Shown here: in pieces, positions 52,798-59,768 of the stretch
How positions within the stretch are numbered: the first letter of the stretch is position 1
Layout: every line of letters starts with the position of its first letter
IMG/VR virus record: IMGVR_UViG_3300037247_001314
Span: 42,805-106,804 of that record
DNA: 64,000 nt
Strand: one strand, 5' to 3'
Origin: a virus
The notes under the pieces: model-generated
What the model was told of the DNA's origin: nothing
The model's database searches: none
Seen by the model: the letters and a program-made list of their open reading frames with translations, nothing else
Position numbers and translations under genes: made by a program

Positions 52798-55398
52798 TCA
52801 ACGCGGCCGGTTTGCAACCCAGGCGCCAAAAAAAGATGCGTCCTCAAGAACCTCAACGTTAAATGTAGCTTCCTTCCAGAACACACTCAACCGCTCAAGG
52901 CTGTGATCCATAAGGGTTCGGTGGTGTCTATCCGAGAAATCAACGAAGAGCGCGCGGGTCTTACCAGGCACTGCGGTGCACGCTCGATACGCAGCTTGGA
53001 TGAGAGGGACTTCCGCTTTCTGGCCTGGGCAGTAAACACAGGCGGCAGTGTTTGGCAGGTCAGTGCCCTCTCCGACCATGCTCGTGCCGATTAGCACCTG
53101 GATGGCCGAGCTCTCTGCAAAGGTGTCGATGATGTTTTGACAAATGTGTGCTGGCCGATTGGTGCTCACAAACTCCACAGCCCGAAACTGCCTACCTGCT
53201 GGCGTCGGGTACTGATGCTTAAGTCGATCCAGAATAGTGTTGCCTTGCTCTTTTGTCCCGACGAGGACGAGCACCTTGTGCCCGTGGTGGGTGAGCACCT
53301 GTGTGGCCCATGCAGCGAGGTCAGTGCGATATTCATGTTGATAGATGCCGTTCTTGCCACAACCCGTCTGGAACGTGGGGCCGCCCTTCGCCCGAGGACC
53401 GTTGACCGGTAAATAGCAAACGTCGGTGGGCACGAGGTAGCCACGCTCGACGAGTTCTTCGGCCGTGACCTTGTAGATGGTCTTTGAAAGAACGGCATGC
53501 ATCGCAAGTGCGTCCTCGCCCGAGCGAAAGAACGTCCCCGTCATGCCGTAGCGATAGTAGATGCTCGGACACTTGGCGACGAGCTCGTGGTAGGTCTTCG
53601 CGGCGCTGTTGGAGACTTTGACCCCTTCTGCGAAATAGTTGTGGTCGTGCTCTACTTCGAGATCGTAAACCGCAGCACACGTCGACGGGAAAATCTCGAC
53701 GCTGAGCACCTCACCCGCAACCACTCGGCTGCCGCCTCGACTTGATTCGCGGGAACACGAATCACCGCCCAACCGATCGCCAGAAGAAAAGCATCCTTCC
53801 TGTCGTCGACATCCCGCCGATTCTGATGGGACGACCCGTCGATTTCCACCGCAACTTTCCGAGAGAGCAGCGCGAAATCGAGGCTGTACCAAGTCGCTCC
53901 CTCGCCCTTTTTGTTCCCGGTCTTCACCACCACCTCGCGCGCGAAACCCAGTGGCTTGAGGATCTTCCAAGCTTTTCGCTCTGACAAAGTTGGGCCCGAA
54001 CCTTTGCCTCCTGTGCCACGCCCGTAAGCCACCATTCGCCCGTCCGCTATCGCTCGCTGGATTCCCGCCGTCATTCGCGCACGACTGGTGGGGGAACGCG
54101 TTTGATTTTTCTCGCGCATGCGCTCGCTGAGTTGCTGTCGATAACTCTGATTCTCGGAGCGGACCTTCATCGCGCGTCGATGCACCGCGGGGTTCGCAAA
54201 AGGATTCCGCCCCGAACACGTCAGCACGTGTCCCCCCAGCGATTTGAGCTTCACCTCGACGCCGCAAATAGGGCACGGCTTGGTTTTCTTCTTGGGGCCC
54301 TGGCAAACCCTCTCGTGCAGGAGAAACGGACCGCGCCGCTTGATTTTCCGGCCGCACTTCGAGCACGTGAACGATGCTCCCAACTCGAAGATCACCGGCG
54401 CGTTTTTTACCATCTGAGGTGAAGACTTCGTGCTCACTTGTAACCTCCATCGTTCCTACCGTCGTGCCAATACGCAACATCGTTGGTGGCGGCGTGCGCT
54501 TCCAGACGCGCGCAACCTTACGGGGAACTACCCCTTCCGCCGTATCAGCAAATACTTCATCACCCGCCCGCAGGCATTGAATCTCTCGTGGACCAGTAGG
54601 TGTAGTTACCAGCGTGGTGGGACTAAAGCAATGGTGAAACTCGTCGATGAAGAGCATGTCCCGCGTCGCGAAAAACTCGGGGGGAAGGTCTCTTGCCGTC
54701 GCTGCCGTGCAAATGACAACACGACAGTGCACCTCGCCACGCCAGTTGCTCGCGCCAACTAGGTGCCCAACGTAGTTCTCACCGAAAAATCCTTTGAACG
54801 CGCGCACGGTTTGTTTGACGATGTTTGTCGTCGGAGCAATCCAAATAGCGGGCAGCGCTAGCCGCCGTTGGATTTCAATACCTGTACGAGTTTTTCCCGA
54901 GCGTGGAGGCATATCGAGAACGCCACGTCCTTCTCGGAGCGCAGCCTCCACAGCAGCTAGCTGGTAGTCGCGGTCGACGACAGGTGTGTGGAGGTCGGGA
55001 AGGCCGTCAAGCGGAACCTCTCTGCTGTCGTCGATAGAGAACGCAAAGCCATAGCGCTGGCAAACCCACTGGCAAAGGTCGAGCAAACCCGTTGGGGTTA
55101 TCCCTGGTCCTTGAGCGGGAAAGCGCGTGAGATGGATCCAGCCGTCCCAGTAGTCTTCGCCGATGTACGCTTCAGGAGGCTTCCAACCCTCCGTCTGCTG
55201 GAGCGCAACGTCAGACGGGTATCTGGTGTGGAAAGCGAGAAGCTGCTGCAAGTAGGGAGGGGCTCCGTAAATCCGACAGAAGGTGTTGCCTACTTCGAAA
55301 ATCGTTTCAGAAAAACCGTCCGCAAGGATGGGCGCTGGAGCCCCGAGGCCGAAGGCCGAGGGTGCTCCTAGCGCTTGTTGGTTTCCTGCCCAGTTCAT
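52798..55398 (-). CDS. SF2 (UvsW-like) DExH helicase containing an intein
   Basis: RDYQ, PPRSGKT, DEFHH|intein|SAA, GMTGT, EGTDLP, QAAYR. Confidence 0.92.
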   Translation of the reverse strand: MNWAGNQQALGAPSAFGLGAPAPILADGFSETIFEVGNTFCRIYGAPPYLQQLLAFHTRYPSDVALQQTEGWKPPEAYIGEDYWDGWIHLTRFPAQGPGITPTGLLDLCQWVCQRYGFAFSIDDSREVPLDGLPDLHTPVVDRDYQLAAVEAALREGRGVLDMPPRSGKTRTGIEIQRRLALPAIWIAPTTNIVKQTVRAFKGFFGENYVGHLVGASNWRGEVHCRVVICTAATARDLPPEFFATRDMLFIDEFHHCFSPTTLVTTPTGPREIQCLRAGDEVFADTAEGVVPRKVARVWKRTPPPTMLRIGTTVGTMEVTSEHEVFTSDGKKRAGDLRVGSIVHVLEVRPENQAARSVSPAREGLPGPQEENQAVPYLRRRGEAQIAGGTRADVFGAESFCEPRGASTRDEGPLRESELSTATQRAHAREKSNAFPHQSCANDGGNPASDSGRANGGLRAWHRRQRFGPNFVRAKSLEDPQATGFRARGGGEDREQKGRGSDLVQPRFRAALSESCGGNRRVVPSESAGCRRQEGCFSSGDRLGGDSCSRESSRGGSRVVAGEVLSVEIFPSTCAAVYDLEVEHDHNYFAEGVKVSNSAAKTYHELVAKCPSIYYRYGMTGTFFRSGEDALAMHAVLSKTIYKVTAEELVERGYLVPTDVCYLPVNGPRAKGGPTFQTGCGKNGIYQHEYRTDLAAWATQVLTHHGHKVLVLVGTKEQGNTILDRLKHQYPTPAGRQFRAVEFVSTNRPAHICQNIIDTFAESSAIQVLIGTSMVGEGTDLPNTAACVYCPGQKAEVPLIQAAYRACTAVPGKTRALFVDFSDRHHRTLMDHSLERLSVFWKEATFNVEVLEDASFFGAWVANRPR
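53608..54630 (-). mobile_element. Intein (341 aa) inserted just after helicase motif II
   Basis: Block A CFSPTTLV, block B VTSEHEV, block F VYDLEV, block G NYFAEGVKVSN followed by Ser+1. Confidence 0.92.
53652..54437 (-). CDS. Zinc-finger plus DUF559/Vsr-like endonuclease in an alternative frame inside the intein
   Basis: GGAGG-N6-GTG start; CSKC...H...C, CPIC...H...C; PTLSERK...YSLDFA...VAVEIDGSSH...DDRKDAFL...GWAVIRV. Confidence 0.85.
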   Translation of the reverse strand: MSTKSSPQMVKNAPVIFELGASFTCSKCGRKIKRRGPFLLHERVCQGPKKKTKPCPICGVEVKLKSLGGHVLTCSGRNPFANPAVHRRAMKVRSENQSYRQQLSERMREKNQTRSPTSRARMTAGIQRAIADGRMVAYGRGTGGKGSGPTLSERKAWKILKPLGFAREVVVKTGNKKGEGATWYSLDFALLSRKVAVEIDGSSHQNRRDVDDRKDAFLLAIGWAVIRVPANQVEAAAEWLRVRCSASRFSRRRVLRFTISK

Positions 55399-55556
55399 TG
55401 CTAAAACCTCGTCAAGACAAATGTCTTTGCTCTTCTTCTTTAAGCAAATCTATTAGTTAAACGATCAGCTAGTTATTAGTGGCGCAGGCAAGGAAAGGAC
55501 AAAAAGGGAAATCCCGTTCTGTCCCATCCCGGAAAGGACGTTTTGTCCCATCCGGG

Positions 55557-55982
55557 TTATTCCTGCGGTGGAGGGTCAAAAAGGCCACCTTCCTGCACTG
55601 CGAGCCAAGCTTGGGATAATGTTTGTTCGCGGACGTGAACAAACAGCGCGGTACCTCCGCCAGTCCGTTTGCACGTGCGCCGTTCAATCAGCTCTAGCTT
55701 GTCCAGACGCTGCAACACTCGGTAAGCAGCCTTGCGACCCAACCTGAGTTCTTGCCACCAGCGCGCGTAGGTAGCCTCGACAAAAACTTTGTTGTCGCGC
55801 AGTTCCCACACGTGCTCACTTCGGCGAGCTCGCGCGAGGTTGTCGAATAGTTGCGTCAACACGAGCGCATCGAGGTGTTTGCGTTGGCAGATGTCGAGGA
55901 ATCCAATGCTGAACGAAATGCGTCGGTTCGCTTCGGTTTCGTTGAGCAGATCGGTCATCGACGAAGAGAGATGTTTGTCCAC
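55557..55982 (-). CDS. Short wHTH protein resembling a replication-initiator N-terminus
   Basis: ATYARWWQELRLGRKAAYRVLQRLDKLELIERRT; AGGAGG SD. Confidence 0.6.
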   Translation of the reverse strand: MDKHLSSSMTDLLNETEANRRISFSIGFLDICQRKHLDALVLTQLFDNLARARRSEHVWELRDNKVFVEATYARWWQELRLGRKAAYRVLQRLDKLELIERRTCKRTGGGTALFVHVREQTLSQAWLAVQEGGLFDPPPQE

Positions 55983-56093
55983 GGCGCCTCCTAGCGCCGA
56001 GACAGCCGTTGCGGCATACTCCCGTCGCCATGTGATTCTTAGAGTCGGCGCGACTTATGGTGGGTAGCGCCGGCTCTTTTTATGTTCTGTCTA

Positions 56094-56122
56094 TAGCTAG
56101 GGCATATTGCCCGCTAGGTCAA
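56094..56122 (-). promoter_or_regulatory. Class A promoter/operator heading the replication block
   Basis: TTGACC-tagcgggcaatatgccc-TAGCTA. Confidence 0.6.
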
Positions 56123-56652
56123 GGCGTAGGTTCTGCAGGTGGTATAGCGGGACGCAGTTGACCTACTGCCCAGACGCCCGCGTACGCCAGCACGCCCGCC
56201 ACCAGCACACCAACGAAAAAGGCGACGGGCCCTACGAGCAACGGCTCCTCGTAGACTGGGATCTCACGCTGTTTGCGCGCCTCCTCGAGCGCTGCTGCAA
56301 TCACCCGCAGCTTTCCCTTCAGCGCGCGGTTGTCGACCTCCAGAGGACCTCTGACAACCGCCACGGCCAACTTCTCGCGCCGTGTCGCGTGGTCGCTCTC
56401 CAGGACTCGCGTTTCTTCGCAATGCTCCACCCCCACGCTGAGCTCGGATGCGAGCGAAAACGTGAGCAGCTGGCCCGAGAAAGGTGCCGGCTCACCTAGA
56501 TGCACCTCAATCGCGTTGAGTTCGTCTTCGTCGTTCTCGTCGGAGGCGCTCCCCTGTGCGAACGAGGTGTTTGCTGAGAGCAGAAGGCTTATGGCGAAGA
56601 CGAGCCACTTTAGCGGTCGCTCGGTCATCAGCTTCTTTGATAGTTTCGGCAT
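56119..56652 (-). CDS. Membrane protein, spanin-like candidate
   Basis: Signal-like N-terminus, PAPFSGQLL, coiled coil, C-terminal TM helix; overlaps the upstream gene. Confidence 0.5.
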   Translation of the reverse strand: MPKLSKKLMTERPLKWLVFAISLLLSANTSFAQGSASDENDEDELNAIEVHLGEPAPFSGQLLTFSLASELSVGVEHCEETRVLESDHATRREKLAVAVVRGPLEVDNRALKGKLRVIAAALEEARKQREIPVYEEPLLVGPVAFFVGVLVAGVLAYAGVWAVGQLRPAIPPAEPTP

Positions 56653-56884
56653 GGGTTTTCTCCAGGTGTCTGGACGCCGCCTCGACGCCCTCCATCTGGA
56701 CGAGCTTAGTCGTCTCGGCCACAGAGTCGATGGCCTTCAGCTCATCTTTCACTGTGTCGAGCGGGCTGTTGAACCGACGTTGAAGTGCGATGCCGGCGAG
56801 CATGCTGAGAATGCCGACGGCGAACGTGCCTGGCACGTACCAGTGAAGGCGCAGCCAGGTGGCCGCTGCTCGCAGCTTACTCAT
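56507..56884 (-). CDS. N-anchored coiled-coil protein, i-spanin-like candidate
   Basis: One N-terminal TM helix plus helical domain, downstream of the holin-like gene. Confidence 0.5.
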   Translation of the reverse strand: MSKLRAAATWLRLHWYVPGTFAVGILSMLAGIALQRRFNSPLDTVKDELKAIDSVAETTKLVQMEGVEAASRHLEKTHAETIKEADDRATAKVARLRHKPSALSKHLVRTGERLRRERRRRTQRD

Positions 56885-57233
56885 CGCGTGGCGTGCCGTT
56901 CTCTTTGAGTTTGACCCCGAGGACAGGTAAGTATTTGAGCAACCCAAAACGTTTGAATATGGTGTGGCCCTTCGCCGTCACCGCCGCGAGCACAAGACCC
57001 AACACCACTCGTTCCCCATACGTAGCTGTGGGTTGCCAGGCTACAGTTGTCCAGACAGCAATCTGACAGATGGGCACCGACATGACGACGATGAGTTTCT
57101 GACCGATGGGCCCCGCCCAAAACGATTTGAACAGCGTCTTCAGTATTTCCAGAGTGAACCACGCAGCTACGACGATGAGCACGTTTTGCTGGCTGAGCAA
57201 GTTTGAAAGGGCGAAAGGTGCGTTGTTGTCCAT
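56877..57233 (-). CDS. Putative holin
   Basis: 118 aa, 2-3 TM segments, basic C-terminus, after the tail fibre. Confidence 0.55.
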   Translation of the reverse strand: MDNNAPFALSNLLSQQNVLIVVAAWFTLEILKTLFKSFWAGPIGQKLIVVMSVPICQIAVWTTVAWQPTATYGERVVLGLVLAAVTAKGHTIFKRFGLLKYLPVLGVKLKENGTPRDE

Positions 57234-57234
57234 A

Positions 57235-57537
57235 TCAACTGTCCGTTGGTTTGGGTGGAGTCTCAGTCTCGGTGGCGTCTTTGTCGACGTCATCCTTTTT
57301 GTCTTTGGCGTTAATGACGTCAAGTAACATATCAGCTAAAACCTTCACGCCGCCTTGGGCCACTAAAAGCGACTCCCGGTGGGTGACAACTTGCTTCTCC
57401 AAGTAAGTCAGCTTTTGAACTAAGCCGTTAGCCGACACGATGGTGGATTCCCATTTCTGGAAAACAGGCTTTGCCGAAGCAGGCAGCGTTTCGCCGTGCG
57501 ATGCGCGCAGCGCTTGTAGTTTCTCTTCGTTGGTCAT
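57235..57537 (-). CDS. Small coiled-coil protein (possible tail-fibre chaperone)
   Basis: AGGAG SD; directly after the fibre gene. Confidence 0.5.
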   Translation of the reverse strand: MTNEEKLQALRASHGETLPASAKPVFQKWESTIVSANGLVQKLTYLEKQVVTHRESLLVAQGGVKVLADMLLDVINAKDKKDDVDKDATETETPPKPTDS

Positions 57538-57544
57538 GCCGCTC

Positions 57545-59761
57545 CTATGGTCGCCCGTACACCCGAATCCACCCAGCGATTTCATCGGCGCCGCTCCGTA
57601 GCGTGACTCTGACTGATCCCGAGTGGGCACTGATGTGGTCCTTGTCAAACCACATAGTGACGTCTGCCGTCGGCGCCGCGCTGCTCCCCGTGGTGATAGT
57701 GGCGTCCTCATCGACGAAACGCATCATGTTCATCTGAGTAGCTGTGGCTAACGTCACGCCAGTTTTCGCGGATGCGCCCGCTGTCTTGGTGCCCACATAC
57801 TCTGTCTGCAAGGAAAGGATTTCCGCGCTCGCTCCGGTGATGGTGTCGCCTCCAATCACCGACAACCCTGCACCCTCACCAGCTATGCTGGTCCCCACTA
57901 CTACGACGTCAGATATCGCCTGTACGCGTACTGCGTCTGCGCCAACGTAAATGTTGGTCACATCCACTTCGTCCGCATTCACCTCAGCCCACGGGTTCCC
58001 TGGCGTACCCAGCTTGTATGTGCCCGCTGACGGAAGCACGTCGCCAGTGACGGCGCTGCCGCCCGTCAGGTCTAGGAAAGTCCCGACGTCAAGCACGCCG
58101 CTGAGGTCAATATCTTTTGACCATATTTTGAGGAATCTCTTGTCGGTAGCGCCCTGCGTAACCGTCTCAGTTACTGAGGAGGTGATTAGCGCGGGTCCTA
58201 TCACGACGCCTGCGCCCGTGTCCGCTATCGTAACGTCGGTGGGGTTCAGCGTCGTTGATGCTGAACCGTCGACCGCTCGGACAAGCGCAGCGGCGCCCAC
58301 CGCTTTTATTTCGCCGCCATTGGCTGTGATGTCCCCACTGTTGTTGACGGTGATATTGCTGGAGCCGCTGCCGTTGAGGATAATGTCCCCGTCGTCATTG
58401 ACGGTGATATCGCCAGAGCCCGTACCATTGAGGGTGATGCTTCCGTCGTTGTTGAGAACGATCCCCCCGGAACCCGTACCGTTAAGGGTCAGCACCCCGT
58501 CACCGTTCAGGACAGCGCCGGCACTAGCGATGGTCAAGCTCCCGGTTCCGTCGATGGCGATGTTGCTGGCGCCCGTCATCGTGAGCTCGCCGCCAGCCAT
58601 CTGCAGCGGCCCTGTGCCCATCGAGATTTCGGCGCTGCCCGCAAGGTCCAGAACACCGGCGCCGATAGTGATGTCGTCGCCACTTGAAGGCAGGGTGGCC
58701 TGCTCATCGGTATCAAACACAATAGAACCCAAAGGCTTCGTACTCGGGTTACCGTTTAGGCTCAGTTTGTTATCGAGGCTGTCTGGAGTGTCGTCCCAAA
58801 CTCGACTGCCTGGATAGTCGATTGGGTTGTCACCTGTCTGGATTTCTTCCAGCTTCTTCATAACAAATGCGACAAACGTCTGGAGGTCCTGGATACCGTT
58901 TGGGCCACCACGGTCGTCATTGCGGTCAGCTGCAGTGCCCCACGCAGAGCGGAAGCTATCGGTCTCTGCCCAGTCTCCTACCGCCTCTGAACCTGGAACG
59001 GTGGCGCCTTTGTCGTCGATATCGACTTCGGCGGCAGACGTGCGCGCGACGATGCGGTGCAAGCCAGCGTTGAGGCCAGTGCCGTTTGGGAGGTGTAAAT
59101 ATTTTCCACGTGACGCGGCCGTCATACCCGTGAGGCCTGTAACAGGGATAACCCCAGCACCCGGGGCCCCCATCACAGCCGCTGCTCCAGACGCTGCTGT
59201 CGCGACAAACTCTAGGCCTTCGAAGTAGAGGGGGCGCTTGTTGGTAATAGCCGTGATGGCGCCCGCAAGGACGACGACCTCAGCGGTCTGGAGCCAATCC
59301 GCTCCCGGAGAAACCAAACCAGCGCGTAGGCTCCAGTTAGCGAGACGTTTCGTGGGGATGCTCTGCGTAAACTCGGCGGGTGTCGCCGGATTCCAGAACA
59401 CGCGATTTTCAAAAGTGCCGTCGACGTACTCAAAGCGCACATAAATGTTGTACGTGCCATCAGCGAAGCCAGCCAGGTCCAGAATCTTCTGTGCGTCCCC
59501 TGACGTCGTCAAGGCACCATAGGCCACGGCTCCCTTATTGCGAAAAGCGAGAATGGCCACACCCAACTGCACACGGAGTTGGGCAGCTGTCGGGTTGTCT
59601 GCTTTGAACCCGCCCACAATCCATGCGCGCGTGCCCGCTGGGTTTGTGGAAAAGTTCGCTGGACCTTCGACAGCGTGGTCCTGCGGAGTCACCTGCGCGA
59701 TAGCTTCAAAGTCGCTGCGGTCGATGCGCTCATTGTTTTCTACACGGACTTGGTTTTGCAT
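57545..59761 (-). CDS. Tail fibre / receptor-binding protein
   Basis: 738 aa Gly/Thr/Ala-rich, with NxDGxITLNGxGS repeats; follows baseplate genes. Confidence 0.7.
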   Translation of the reverse strand: MQNQVRVENNERIDRSDFEAIAQVTPQDHAVEGPANFSTNPAGTRAWIVGGFKADNPTAAQLRVQLGVAILAFRNKGAVAYGALTTSGDAQKILDLAGFADGTYNIYVRFEYVDGTFENRVFWNPATPAEFTQSIPTKRLANWSLRAGLVSPGADWLQTAEVVVLAGAITAITNKRPLYFEGLEFVATAASGAAAVMGAPGAGVIPVTGLTGMTAASRGKYLHLPNGTGLNAGLHRIVARTSAAEVDIDDKGATVPGSEAVGDWAETDSFRSAWGTAADRNDDRGGPNGIQDLQTFVAFVMKKLEEIQTGDNPIDYPGSRVWDDTPDSLDNKLSLNGNPSTKPLGSIVFDTDEQATLPSSGDDITIGAGVLDLAGSAEISMGTGPLQMAGGELTMTGASNIAIDGTGSLTIASAGAVLNGDGVLTLNGTGSGGIVLNNDGSITLNGTGSGDITVNDDGDIILNGSGSSNITVNNSGDITANGGEIKAVGAAALVRAVDGSASTTLNPTDVTIADTGAGVVIGPALITSSVTETVTQGATDKRFLKIWSKDIDLSGVLDVGTFLDLTGGSAVTGDVLPSAGTYKLGTPGNPWAEVNADEVDVTNIYVGADAVRVQAISDVVVVGTSIAGEGAGLSVIGGDTITGASAEILSLQTEYVGTKTAGASAKTGVTLATATQMNMMRFVDEDATITTGSSAAPTADVTMWFDKDHISAHSGSVRVTLRSGADEIAGWIRVYGRP

Positions 59762-59768
59762 ATTGGCC

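Noticed and set aside
53652-54437. Intein endonuclease as a simple frameshifted pseudogene or sequencing error
   Set aside because: The helicase/intein frame is continuous, and the second frame has its own SD, start and stop. An error explanation needs two compensating indels. Not fully excluded without reads.
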